Shown here in pieces: positions 54,952 to 64,000 of a DNA stretch of 64,000 nucleotides; within the stretch, counting starts at the first letter, position 1, and each line of letters opens with the position of its first letter. Source of the DNA: a bacterium (GTDB taxonomy: Bacteria; Bacteroidota; Rhodothermia; Rhodothermales; UBA10348). The stretch covers positions 18,265 to 82,264 of the forward strand of contig JABMOI010000035.1 of assembly GCA_013204185.1 (NCBI GenBank). The letters are read 5' to 3'. A program made the position numbers and the translations under genes. The notes beneath the pieces were generated by a model. The model saw only the letters and a list, made by a program, of their open reading frames with translations. It was not told the DNA's origin and did not search any database.

Positions 54952-55070
54952 GGGGATGTTTGATGGAGTTAACTGAATAGTACCGAGTGCCGGGCCATGA
55001 GAAACTCGTAAGAAAAACTTCCGTATCACATTTTAACTCTGAATCTAGTCTGTTTTTTAATTCTATCGAA

Positions 55071-56243
55071 ATGCGATTACGTCCGTTAGCATTCTTTTTC
55101 GTTGTAGTCTTCGTTTTATTTGGATGCGATAAACAAGTAAGGTCGCAATCACAATCTCAATCCCAGGGACAAGCTCAGAATTCGTTTAGAACAGAGCCCC
55201 AGACCCTTCCTGACCCCGGAGACTCCATCTCCGCAAGTAGGAAAACGGCGATAACAAGGGCTGTCGAGCGGGCGACGCCTGCCGTTGTGAGCGTTAACGT
55301 GATTCAGACCCAACAGGTGCCCGTTAATCCATATCAAGATCCATTTTACGACTTCTTTTTTGGTAGGCAGCGCGCCAATGTGATGCAACAAGATGTCCAA
55401 TCTATGGGGTCTGGGTTTGTCATTAGCTCAGATGGATACATTGTTACGAACCAGCATGTAGCGAACGGAGCTTCAAAGATTACCATTGCTTTTGCAGATG
55501 GTCGGACATTGCCAGCCACCCTGATCGGCTCGGACCAAGGCACAGATTTGGCTCTCTTAAAGGTTGAAACAGACGAAGCACTTCCTCATCTGACCTTTGA
55601 ATTGAATGATGGGGCCATTGTTGGAGAGTGGGCTATTGCACTAGGGAATCCGTTCGGATTGTTTCAAGCCTCTGATCCTACGGTTACTGTTGGCGTGGTT
55701 AGCGCCCTAGGGAGGGACCTTCAGCCGCAGGACAATCGCTACTACCTTGACATGATTCAAACGGATGCTTCCATTAACCGAGGCAATTCAGGAGGTCCGT
55801 TATTGAACGCTCTTGGCAACGTAATCGGTGTAAATACAGCCATTTTCACGGAGTCAGGCGGGAGCGTGGGAATTGGTTTTGCTGTTCCGGCTGAGAAAGC
55901 AGTACGCGTATTGGAAGAACTGCGCGACAACGGATTTGTGGATCGGGCTTACTACACAGGATTGAGGGGGCGTACACTTCCTGATCGTTGGGCGCAAACA
56001 TTAGGCCTTAGCGAAGCCAGGGGAGTGGTCGTCGAAAACGTAGATCCCGGCTCACCAGCAGAGGATGCCGGTTTTAAACCCTATGATGTGATCTTAAAAG
56101 TGGCGAATGAGCCCATTACAAATCAAAACGATTTCGTGGGGCGCCTTTTTGAGTATCGGCCTGGAGACGTCGTGCCCATGGAAGTGGTTCGCGAGGGCGA
56201 AATGGTTCGCATTAACATGAAACTTGGCAGCCAGCGCGAATAG
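55071..56243 (+). CDS. HtrA/DegP-family serine protease with one PDZ domain, probable lipoprotein
   Basis: The track ORF starts at 54987. The Met at 55071 gives signal MRLRPLAFFFVVVFVLFGC (lipobox). Catalytic TNQHV, D, GNSGGPLLN. C-terminal PDZ domain. Confidence 0.9.
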   Translation: MRLRPLAFFFVVVFVLFGCDKQVRSQSQSQSQGQAQNSFRTEPQTLPDPGDSISASRKTAITRAVERATPAVVSVNVIQTQQVPVNPYQDPFYDFFFGRQRANVMQQDVQSMGSGFVISSDGYIVTNQHVANGASKITIAFADGRTLPATLIGSDQGTDLALLKVETDEALPHLTFELNDGAIVGEWAIALGNPFGLFQASDPTVTVGVVSALGRDLQPQDNRYYLDMIQTDASINRGNSGGPLLNALGNVIGVNTAIFTESGGSVGIGFAVPAEKAVRVLEELRDNGFVDRAYYTGLRGRTLPDRWAQTLGLSEARGVVVENVDPGSPAEDAGFKPYDVILKVANEPITNQNDFVGRLFEYRPGDVVPMEVVREGEMVRINMKLGSQRE

Positions 56244-56284
56244 TCTTGGGCTCGTTCTCCGAGCCTAACGGTGCGCCAACTCGC

Positions 56285-57103
56285 TTATCGACCATAATAC
56301 TGCCCTTCTTTCAGCAGAATAGCGCCTCTACGGTTTGTGTTAAACTCGACGGGAATGGTTCGGCGGCCTAATTCACGCGTTGCTGAGTAGACCTCGAAAT
56401 GCAGATGGGGGCCCGTCGTAAAGCCTGTGTTTCCGGAAAAACCTATCACATCACCGGCATCTACTTGTTGACCAATAAAGACCTTCACTCCTTTGTGCTT
56501 TAAGTGCACATAGTTTCCAATTGTGCCGTCTGAGTGTCTGATCTTGACGTAATTCGCTTTGGTCATGAGGTCTGCATCTGGGCGGCCCTCGGTGAAGCTC
56601 TCCTCCATATCCACGACCATCCCGCCTCGGGCCGCCAAAACGGGCGTTCCTTCCGGCATATCCCAATCCAGTGCGTACTTACCTTGATGGGTGGCATTTC
56701 CCATATACCCTTGGCCCACAAGGAATTCTTGGCCTTCCGAATACGGTAAATCGTATGCAATACCGCGTTTGTGTTCGGCCGTGAAGTCGCCTAGGATCCA
56801 CTTTACGTTGAAGCCGAAAGACCAGCCTGCATTTTTGTCTTCAATTTCTAGTGTCAACAGCCTGGAGACTCTTTTTGCAGAAACGCTTTTGACGGTAGGG
56901 AGCTCGATGCTGGGTGTAAGGTTGCTCGATTCAACGTCTAGCGTCATCGTGATTTCCCACTCAACGAGCGAGCGAACAAAGACGTCTACGCGGTCCTCTT
57001 TTGATTCTGTGTCAATACAAAACGTATTGTCATAGCAATCCGAAGTGACCCGGGACGGCGCGGCAAAGGAGGTCAAAGAAAGGAGGGCAAGTAGAAAAAC
57101 CAT
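56285..57103 (-). CDS. M23-family metallopeptidase
   Basis: 272 aa. Signal peptide. HxxxD-type region and GFSGNTGFTTGPHLHFEV. Confidence 0.85.
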   Translation of the reverse strand: MVFLLALLSLTSFAAPSRVTSDCYDNTFCIDTESKEDRVDVFVRSLVEWEITMTLDVESSNLTPSIELPTVKSVSAKRVSRLLTLEIEDKNAGWSFGFNVKWILGDFTAEHKRGIAYDLPYSEGQEFLVGQGYMGNATHQGKYALDWDMPEGTPVLAARGGMVVDMEESFTEGRPDADLMTKANYVKIRHSDGTIGNYVHLKHKGVKVFIGQQVDAGDVIGFSGNTGFTTGPHLHFEVYSATRELGRRTIPVEFNTNRRGAILLKEGQYYGR

Positions 57104-57122
57104 GTATGTTTCTAGGGCCTCA

Positions 57123-57785
57123 CTACCAAGCCGCGAGGATAGATTTTACATTTTCGGCTACGGGCCTCGTGCCTCCGAATACGGCACTGCCGGCAACAAT
57201 CACATCGGCACCAGCGCCTGTCACTTCAGCTACATTGGAAGCCTTAACCCCACCGTCCACCTCTAAGTGGGCCTTCGAGCCAATGGCATCGAGCATGCCG
57301 CGCAGACGCCGAATTTTGTCTGTGCTAGCCTGGATATAAGATTGGCCGCCAAAGCCGGGGTTTACCGACATAATCAGCACTAAATCCACGTCGCCAAGGA
57401 TTTCCTCAAGGCTCGAAAGCGGCGTAGCTGGATTCAGCGTCACACCTGGCTTAGCTCCTGCCGCCCGAATGGATTGGATGGTTCGGTGTAAATGCGTGCA
57501 AGCCTCTACGTGCACCGTCACGATGTCTGCGCCTGCCTCCACAAAAGACTCGACATAGTCATCCGGGTTTTCAATCATCAAGTGGACATCTAACACCGCG
57601 CCGGTTTCATCCGCAAGAGGGCGGAGAGAGCGAACAATGAGTGGTCCAATGGTAATGTTTGGCACAAAATGACCATCCATCACATCCACATGTAACCACT
57701 CCGCTCCAGCGCTAATCGCTTCCTTGCAATGAGATCCAAGCCGAGCGAAGTCAGCTGAAAGTATGCTCGGCGCTAGAATAGGCAT
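57123..57785 (-). CDS. rpe: ribulose-phosphate 3-epimerase
   Basis: 220 aa. ILSADFARLG, LHVDVMDGHFVPN, MSVNPGFGGQ. Confidence 0.95.
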   Translation of the reverse strand: MPILAPSILSADFARLGSHCKEAISAGAEWLHVDVMDGHFVPNITIGPLIVRSLRPLADETGAVLDVHLMIENPDDYVESFVEAGADIVTVHVEACTHLHRTIQSIRAAGAKPGVTLNPATPLSSLEEILGDVDLVLIMSVNPGFGGQSYIQASTDKIRRLRGMLDAIGSKAHLEVDGGVKASNVAEVTGAGADVIVAGSAVFGGTRPVAENVKSILAAW

Positions 57786-57809
57786 AGGATGCGTGGTTAA
57801 CTGTGAGTA

Positions 57810-58835
57810 CTAGTGCAGTATGGCGAGGCCTATTGCGACCAACAAAGCGTTGACAAGGGCGATTGGAAGCAGATACTTCCATCCAAGCGTCATCAACTGG
57901 GTGTACTTGAAGCGTGGTAGCGTCCAGCGGACCCAGATGAACACGTAGGCAAAGAATCCAGCTTTAATGACTACCGTTCCAATTTGCAGCACCATCAGAA
58001 GATATGAATCGACCAGTGATGGGAATTGGGCCAAAAGAAGTGACTCAAACGGCAAGAGATACCCGCCGAAAAAGAGCGTTACGATAATGAACGATGCGAC
58101 GAAAAAGTTGACATATTCTGCCAAAAAGAACATCCCAAACTTCATTCCAGAATACTCCGTATGGTATCCACCTACCAATTCCTGTTCTGCTTCTGGAAGG
58201 TCAAATGGCGCACGGTTCGTTTCTGCGAACGCCGTTACAATAAAGAGAATACAGCCAATCGGGTTGCGGAATACGTTCCAAGCGAACAATCCGTATCCAC
58301 CAGCTTGATCTTCAACAATCGTAACCATGTTGAGCGAGCCGGCAATGAGCACGACCGATAGAACAGCCAAGCCCATAGATAACTCGTAAGAGATCATTTG
58401 AGCAGAAGAACGCAGCCCGCCAAGCAGCGAATACTTGCTATTAGAACTCCATCCTGCTAGCGTAATGCCATAGACTGAAATGGAAGTCAAGGCCAGGAGA
58501 ACCAAAACACTTACATCCATGTCTGCTACAACCACGCCGCGTGCAAAGGGAATCAGGGCTCCGGCTGTCATGGCGATAACCACCATCATCATGGGAGCCA
58601 TCGAATGCACGAACGGATTGGCGAGCGTGGGGACAATGTTTTCTTTAAAAACCAGTTTCACCACGTCGGCAAACGGCTGCAAAAATCCGAAAGGTCCCAC
58701 TCTATTGGGGCCGGGTCTATTTTGCATGTAACCGGACACCTTGCGTTCGGCGTACACCAAAACGGAAGCTGAAACCAGCAAAAAGTTGGTAATCGCAAAC
58801 GCGATCAGGGCAGTCCAATACCAGGCAAGATCCAT
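57810..58835 (-). CDS. nuoH: NADH-quinone oxidoreductase subunit H
   Basis: 341 aa. ERKVSGYMQNRPGPNRVGPFG, ETNRAPFDLPEAEQELVGGYHTEYSG. Confidence 0.97.
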   Translation of the reverse strand: MDLAWYWTALIAFAITNFLLVSASVLVYAERKVSGYMQNRPGPNRVGPFGFLQPFADVVKLVFKENIVPTLANPFVHSMAPMMMVVIAMTAGALIPFARGVVVADMDVSVLVLLALTSISVYGITLAGWSSNSKYSLLGGLRSSAQMISYELSMGLAVLSVVLIAGSLNMVTIVEDQAGGYGLFAWNVFRNPIGCILFIVTAFAETNRAPFDLPEAEQELVGGYHTEYSGMKFGMFFLAEYVNFFVASFIIVTLFFGGYLLPFESLLLAQFPSLVDSYLLMVLQIGTVVIKAGFFAYVFIWVRWTLPRFKYTQLMTLGWKYLLPIALVNALLVAIGLAILH

Positions 58836-58852
58836 AGTGTTACTTCGCTAAA

Positions 58853-60571
58853 TCAGGCGGTGACGCCTTGTTCAGAAAGACGAACTCCAAGTTCACCCAT
58901 TCCTTCGTACGATAACCCTGCAAATGCATCATTTGAAGAGGATAATTCCTCAATGATTTGGCGAGGGCCTTTATAATTCAATTCCAATCCTAAACCAGAA
59001 GCAATTCCGGGCAGGGAAACCCAACCAGGCTGGCAATTAATCAAGTTGGCTTCTTCATACCACTTGTCAAAAGGCGTTCCGTGGCGGTCTGCCCGGCACT
59101 TGCCAATTTCCATGGATAGCGTTCTGTTTACATCTGCGATCGCTTTCGCTGGGCGCAAACGCTGAGCATGTCCCTGTTCGTTCACAACGGTCCCAACCGT
59201 TTCCACAGCCATAGCCGCAGGAATCGCAACGTCTGCAGCAGACAGCGTTTCGTTGGTCGTGTTGTAATAGTGCAAAACAACTTTGACGCCAGCTAGCTCA
59301 GCGGCCGTACAAACACCCGAAGCGACCACGTCATCTTCCAACACATGCAGCACGTCTACTTCGCCGTTTGAGATCCGGGCTTTCAACGCAGCAACATCTG
59401 CCACTTTCATTCCCAATCGCTCACAGCCTTGAGCATTCGGCGTACGATCGTCGGTGCGGAGCCAGTTGTCTCCGTGGCCTTCTTTCCGGTGCGCCAAGTA
59501 CATCGGTGTGGACGCGCCTACTTTGGCGGCCAGTTTCGTCAAGAGATAATTGTCTTCGACGGTTGCCGTAGCAGAGCCTAGAAACAGGATACGAGATCCG
59601 TCTACGCCGCTCAGGCAGTCGGAAGCTGCTTTATAGGCAGCTTCCCAAGAGACCTGTGCTCCAGAAATGGATGGGCCCGTTGGTCTGTTGTCGTTGAACT
59701 TGTGATAATCCAGACGATCTTCGTCGGCCAACCAATATTCGTTGACATCCATGTTAGTGCGGGGCGTGATCTGGACAATTTTGTTGTCCTTGACCCAGTA
59801 ATAACAGTTTGACCCCTTCGCATTAACCGTTGAAATAGACGCCGTTTTGCTCATTTCCCAAATACGGGCTCTGAATCGGGCATCTTTTGAAGTCAGTGCG
59901 CCTACAGGGCAAATGTCGATCACATTCATCGAGTAAGGTTCATCAAACTCCACGCCAGGAGGCGTCATCGGATAGTTTTTGACACCGCGCTCAATAATCG
60001 TGAGTTGGTTGCTCTTAGAAATCTCACGGGTGAAACGGATACAGCGCGTACAGTTAATGCAACGCTCTCCGTCCAACACTACGTTGGGACCCAAGTCAAT
60101 ATGTTTTGGCTTGCCAACTTTTCTAAACTCAAACCGAGATCCTTCAGGACCGTGCTTGTAGGTTTGATTTTGAAGAGGGCAATGTCCCGCCTGATCACAA
60201 ATTGGGCAATCAAGCGGATGGTTGATGAGCAGAAACTCAAGATTGTCTTTTTGAGCACGCTTTACCAACTCACTTGATCGGTGCGACTTAACCACCATCC
60301 CATCGGCCACGTCCATGGAGCAGCTAGTCTGCAGCTTGGGCATGTACTGAATGATGGGTTGACCACTTTCATCCAGGTTTGGTTGGCCAGTTTCACGATT
60401 GATCTGCGGCATGCCCACTTCGACTAAGCACTGCCGGCAGTTGGCCGGAGCACTCATGGAAGGATGGTAGCAGAAATGAGGCAAATCGACACCGGACTCC
60501 AAGCAGAACTGGAGTAGCTTCGGGCGACCCTCAAACTCAAATGTATCGTTATCTAATGTAATCTTGGGCAT
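58853..60571 (-). CDS. nuoG: NADH-quinone oxidoreductase subunit G (short form)
   Basis: 572 aa. 2Fe-2S and 4Fe-4S cysteine clusters (CYHPSMSAPANCRQC, HPLDCPICDQAGHC, CINCTRCIRF). The molybdopterin-like C-terminal part is shorter than in E. coli NuoG. Confidence 0.9.
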   Translation of the reverse strand: MPKITLDNDTFEFEGRPKLLQFCLESGVDLPHFCYHPSMSAPANCRQCLVEVGMPQINRETGQPNLDESGQPIIQYMPKLQTSCSMDVADGMVVKSHRSSELVKRAQKDNLEFLLINHPLDCPICDQAGHCPLQNQTYKHGPEGSRFEFRKVGKPKHIDLGPNVVLDGERCINCTRCIRFTREISKSNQLTIIERGVKNYPMTPPGVEFDEPYSMNVIDICPVGALTSKDARFRARIWEMSKTASISTVNAKGSNCYYWVKDNKIVQITPRTNMDVNEYWLADEDRLDYHKFNDNRPTGPSISGAQVSWEAAYKAASDCLSGVDGSRILFLGSATATVEDNYLLTKLAAKVGASTPMYLAHRKEGHGDNWLRTDDRTPNAQGCERLGMKVADVAALKARISNGEVDVLHVLEDDVVASGVCTAAELAGVKVVLHYYNTTNETLSAADVAIPAAMAVETVGTVVNEQGHAQRLRPAKAIADVNRTLSMEIGKCRADRHGTPFDKWYEEANLINCQPGWVSLPGIASGLGLELNYKGPRQIIEELSSSNDAFAGLSYEGMGELGVRLSEQGVTA

Positions 60572-60606
60572 ATTGGTCAGATTCTATCAGGCAGATGTCT
60601 TGCCTG

Positions 60607-61932
60607 TTATGCAGTCTCAAGAACGCCGCCACTTGGGGCCATTTCTTTTAGGCACCTAGTTTCAAATTCTTCTCTGAAACGGGTAATGGTGTACCGAACA
60701 GGCCATGCTGCAGCGTCAGCCAACGCACAAACCGTTCGTCCTTCCATTTGAGTACATAAATCTAGTAGCAGATCTAAGTCTCGTACGTTTCCTTTGCCTT
60801 CATCAATGCGAGTTACGATGTTTTCAAGCCAACCCGTGCCTTCACGGCATGGCGTGCACTGTCCGCAACTTTCGTGATGATAAAAATGTGTGATGCGACG
60901 AAGCCATGAAATAATATCCACGTCCTCATCCATAATGAGCATGCCGCTGGTTCCCATCATGGATCCAGCCTCACGAAGCGAGTCCGCATCCATGGTCACG
61001 CCATCAATCATGTCAGCGCGCAGGATAGGAGTTGAGCTACCGCCAGGGATAAGGGCTTTCATTTTCTTGCCCCCTCTCATACCGCCAGCCACTTCATCAA
61101 TCAGGTCTGTAATAAGCATTCCCGTTGGATACTCATACACGCCCGGACGATTCACGTGTCCAGAAATTCCGTATAGAACAGGTCCTGGGTGTGAAGGCGC
61201 TCCAATTTTCGAAAACCACTCACCGCCTCGGTTAATAATAAGGGGCGCACAAGCCAACGTTTCCACGTTGTTAATGGTCGTTGGGTAGCCCCAAACGCCT
61301 TTTTGGGCAGGGAACGGAGGTTTTACACGAGGATAGGCGCGCTTTCCTTCCAGGGAGTTCATCAACGAAGATTCTTCACCGCAGATGTAAGCGCCCGCAC
61401 CTTTGTGAATCACAATGTCACAGGAAAAGTCGGATCCCATGATATTCTTGCCCACGTACCCTTTCGCATAGGCTTTTTCTAGCTCTTCCTCCATCAACGT
61501 GATCCAGTCCGCGAACTCTCCGCGGATGTAAAGGAACGCTGTTTTGATGGACATCGCATAGCTGGCGATGAGCATGCCTTCAAGCACCAAATGAGGATTG
61601 TACTCCATCAATTGGCGGTCTTTAAACGTGCCTGGTTCGGATTCGTCGCCGTTGCAGCAAAGAAAGCGCGGAATTTCAGGATTCACAGGGGGCATGAAGC
61701 TCCATTTTAGTCCTGTTGGAAATCCAGCACCGCCACGTCCTTTCAAGCCGCTCTTTTTAACTTCATTCGTCACAGAGGTCGGATCCCACTTATCTGTGGT
61801 AACCACTTCGCGCAACGCTTTGTAGCCATCGTGTTTTTCGTACACGTCTAGCTTATGTAAATCTTTGACAGGAGGGAGGAGAACCCGTTGGTAAGAGCGC
61901 CAATCCCCGGCTTTTGTCTTTTTTGCTTCCAT
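60607..61932 (-). CDS. nuoF: NADH-quinone oxidoreductase subunit F
   Basis: 441 aa. GRGGAGFPTG, GAGAYICGEES, ESCGQCTPCREG. Confidence 0.97.
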   Translation of the reverse strand: MEAKKTKAGDWRSYQRVLLPPVKDLHKLDVYEKHDGYKALREVVTTDKWDPTSVTNEVKKSGLKGRGGAGFPTGLKWSFMPPVNPEIPRFLCCNGDESEPGTFKDRQLMEYNPHLVLEGMLIASYAMSIKTAFLYIRGEFADWITLMEEELEKAYAKGYVGKNIMGSDFSCDIVIHKGAGAYICGEESSLMNSLEGKRAYPRVKPPFPAQKGVWGYPTTINNVETLACAPLIINRGGEWFSKIGAPSHPGPVLYGISGHVNRPGVYEYPTGMLITDLIDEVAGGMRGGKKMKALIPGGSSTPILRADMIDGVTMDADSLREAGSMMGTSGMLIMDEDVDIISWLRRITHFYHHESCGQCTPCREGTGWLENIVTRIDEGKGNVRDLDLLLDLCTQMEGRTVCALADAAAWPVRYTITRFREEFETRCLKEMAPSGGVLETA

Positions 61933-61937
61933 TTGGA

Positions 61938-62612
61938 CTAACTCAGGGTTTCTGAAACGGGTCTTACACTGTAGGATTCAATGGATGAAACATCTGATCG
62001 GCGATTTCCGCCCATTTCGTCTTCATCCTGCGGGAGAGTAACCGAAGTAAACGCAGGTATTTTATCCTCTTTCAAGGCATCTAACAGGGCGTCTACTTTT
62101 TCTTTGTTCAAATTATGAACGAACGGTCCATTGGTTATTTGCAGCATGGGGGCAGAGCCACAAGCTCCAAGGCATTCAGCTTCTTGGATCGTAAACAAGC
62201 CGTCTTTAGTGGTTTCACCTTTGTGAACGCCCAGTTTTTCCTCGATGTAATGCAGCATGTCGTAGCCGCCACAAAGTTGACAGGAAAAGCAAGTGCAAAT
62301 GTCGAGCACGTGCTTGCCTTTTTTCTCTTTGAAGTATTGGGTGTAGAACGTAGCCACTCCGTACGCATTGGCGTAAGGAATTCCGATTTCGTTTGCGACC
62401 AATTGAATGACTTCAGGAGGTAAGAAGCCGAATTTTTCCTGCGCTAACCACAGACCACGCATAATAGCGCCGTCAGCCGTAGGGTACCGAGACACCCACG
62501 TCTTCATCTGCTTCTTTTCATCGTCTGTGAACACAAGTTTGTCTGCCTCAATGGCAGGTGCCGGCATTCTTTCCGGCATGTCCACAACGGGATGTTTTAT
62601 AAAATCGCCCAT
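61938..62612 (-). CDS. nuoE: NADH-quinone oxidoreductase subunit E
   Basis: 224 aa. 2Fe-2S ligands CTCFSCQLCG ... CLGACGSAP. ~45-aa C-terminal extension. Confidence 0.95.
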   Translation of the reverse strand: MGDFIKHPVVDMPERMPAPAIEADKLVFTDDEKKQMKTWVSRYPTADGAIMRGLWLAQEKFGFLPPEVIQLVANEIGIPYANAYGVATFYTQYFKEKKGKHVLDICTCFSCQLCGGYDMLHYIEEKLGVHKGETTKDGLFTIQEAECLGACGSAPMLQITNGPFVHNLNKEKVDALLDALKEDKIPAFTSVTLPQDEDEMGGNRRSDVSSIESYSVRPVSETLS

Positions 62613-62677
62613 GTTACGCTCTGTTTCAGTCTCAACCAGTGTTCAGTAGTGCAGTTGTTTCGATCTCTAGCTCAATC

Positions 62678-63994
62678 CTATTTGTCTGCTTCGCCCAATA
62701 CGGGATCGATGGTTCCAATAAGAACAACCATGTCTCCCATCATTCCACCTTCCATCATGGTTTCGAGGGCTTGGAGGTTTGTGAAACTCGGTGAGTTCAT
62801 TTTCGCTCTCCAAGGGCTTCCCGTCCCGTCGGACTGCAGATAAAATCCAAGTTCTCCTTTTGGGGCTTCAATGGCGTGATAAGCCGAAGCGCCTTTTGGC
62901 GGAGCAATACCCGTGTCCGTGTACATAAAGTCGTGAATCAATCCTTCCATCGAGTAAAATACTTCACTTTTGGAGGGGTATGATCGCTTCGCATCGTTTG
63001 TCCGAACAGGTCCTTTTACGCTAGGTAGCTTGTCAAGACATTGATTGATAATCTTGATACTCTCTTTCATTTCATCCAAACGGACAAAATATCGAGCGAG
63101 CGCGTCGCCTTCGGTTGGAATAGGAATTTGAAAGTCGACTTCGTTGTACTTCAAATAGGGCTCAAATCTTCGGATATCGTGAGCTACGCCAGACCCACGA
63201 AGGTTTGGCCCAGTCATGCCCATGCGGACAACATCTTCAGCAGATAATTGACCAATGCCAACGTTTCTATCAATCCAGATACGATTTCGGTTCAAGAGTT
63301 TCTCCCATCCTTCCAACACGCTTGGAAAGTCTGCGACAAAATTCTTGATCAGGGAAATGCCGGCCTCGTTCAGATCAGAGGCAACGCCCCCAATCCGGCT
63401 GTGAGAAACCGTTAGACGCGCACCAGCCACTTCGTCAAAAATGGAGTAGATGTCCTCGCGAGCTTGAAACGTCCACAAGAACATGGAAACAGCACCTGCA
63501 TCCATCAAACCTACGCCCATCCAGATTAGGTGAGAGGATATACGAGCAATTTCGCTCATCATCATCCTAATCCACTGCGCCCGTTCTGGGACTTCAATGC
63601 CGGCTAGTTTCTCAACGGCCAAGCACCAGGCCACGTTGTTCGAATAAGGCGACAGGTAGTCCATGCGATCCGTATAGGGCATGAACTCTTGATACGTCTT
63701 GTTTTCGGCAATCTTTTCGATGCCGCGGTGCAGGTATCCAATGTCCAGAACACACTGCTCAATGGTTTCACCATCCAGCTTCACAACACAGCGAAGTACG
63801 CCGTGGGTTGCCGGATGCTGGGGCCCAATGTTGAGAATCATCTCATTTTCCAACGGATCGAGATGGGATCCATCTGGATTGCGCGAGCCTTCAACCCAAG
63901 AGTGTTTACTCTCTAGCCTACGGTACAGTGCCTCGTTGTGGCGAGGCCAGAACTTGAGGGTTTCCGCGAAATTTGTGTTGTCAATTATGCTCAT
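62678..63994 (-). CDS. nuoD: NADH-quinone oxidoreductase subunit D
   Basis: 438 aa. LNIGPQHPATHGVLR and the C-terminal ...DPVLGEADK. The start lies 6 nt from the right window edge. Confidence 0.97.
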   Translation of the reverse strand: MSIIDNTNFAETLKFWPRHNEALYRRLESKHSWVEGSRNPDGSHLDPLENEMILNIGPQHPATHGVLRCVVKLDGETIEQCVLDIGYLHRGIEKIAENKTYQEFMPYTDRMDYLSPYSNNVAWCLAVEKLAGIEVPERAQWIRMMMSEIARISSHLIWMGVGLMDAGAVSMFLWTFQAREDIYSIFDEVAGARLTVSHSRIGGVASDLNEAGISLIKNFVADFPSVLEGWEKLLNRNRIWIDRNVGIGQLSAEDVVRMGMTGPNLRGSGVAHDIRRFEPYLKYNEVDFQIPIPTEGDALARYFVRLDEMKESIKIINQCLDKLPSVKGPVRTNDAKRSYPSKSEVFYSMEGLIHDFMYTDTGIAPPKGASAYHAIEAPKGELGFYLQSDGTGSPWRAKMNSPSFTNLQALETMMEGGMMGDMVVLIGTIDPVLGEADK

Positions 63995-64000
63995 TTCTTA

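Noticed and set aside
54951-55071. Apparent 43-nt divergent overlap of the M20 hydrolase and HtrA ORFs (track starts 55029 and 54987)
   Set aside because: Both track ORFs begin at upstream alternative start codons. Internal Met starts (~54951 and 55071) give family-typical N-termini, and a proper lipoprotein signal for HtrA. They leave a normal ~120-bp divergent promoter region.
1-64000. Looked for rRNA, tRNA, CRISPR arrays, IS elements or transposases, integrases, prophage genes, toxin-antitoxin pairs and known defence-system genes
   Set aside because: None recognised. All intergenic gaps are under ~460 bp. None shows cloverleaf-like tRNA structure, repeat-spacer periodicity or terminal inverted repeats. 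This was a visual scan only; tRNAscan, Infernal and ISfinder-type searches would be needed to be sure.

Overview
This is a gene-dense 64-kb chromosomal segment with about 50 CDS, mostly on the minus strand. By eye I recognised no rRNA, tRNA, CRISPR array, transposase or integrase. The gene content is bacillithiol genes bshB1/bshC, BamD, a DUF3276 PUR-like protein, an ECF-sigma/FecR/STN-TonB-receptor/DUF4249 set, and nuoDEFGH including the EFG module. That suggests an FCB-group bacterium (Bacteroidota/Rhodothermota/Balneolota-like), but this is inferred only from where these families are usually found. Most of the window is housekeeping. It holds a cell-envelope cluster (beta-lactamase-like hydrolase, nagZ-like GH3, nadD, bamD, an LpoA-like protein) and guaA-gcvH-accC-accB-efp. 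It also holds leuS, hisC, a purine nucleoside phosphorylase, recX, pheA, argS, glyA, tatC, several peptidases (S41, M20, HtrA, M23), rpe and nuoD-H. The exception is 14.5-27.1 kb, a plus-strand six-gene locus that reads as a complete synthase-dependent exopolysaccharide machine with an unusual parts list. Its parts are: (A) a cytoplasmic KaiC/RecA-like pseudo-ATPase joined by a ~300-aa P/Q-rich linker to a degenerate GGDEF-like domain that keeps an RxxD I-site, which resembles BcsE or PelD. (B) a 1141-aa TPR plus C-terminal beta-rich outer-membrane protein of BcsC/PgaA/PelB type. (C) a PilZ-less processive GT2 synthase with a QRYRW motif. (D) a single-pass protein with a Q/P-rich tail. (E, F) two tandem periplasm-facing paralogs with a NodB/CE4-like core that lacks the canonical catalytic residues. 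Two sigma-54-type -24/-12 elements, each preceded by 10-bp-phased A/T tracts, sit upstream of genes A and D. All domain calls come from reading motifs in the supplied translations. No database search, HMM or structure prediction was possible.
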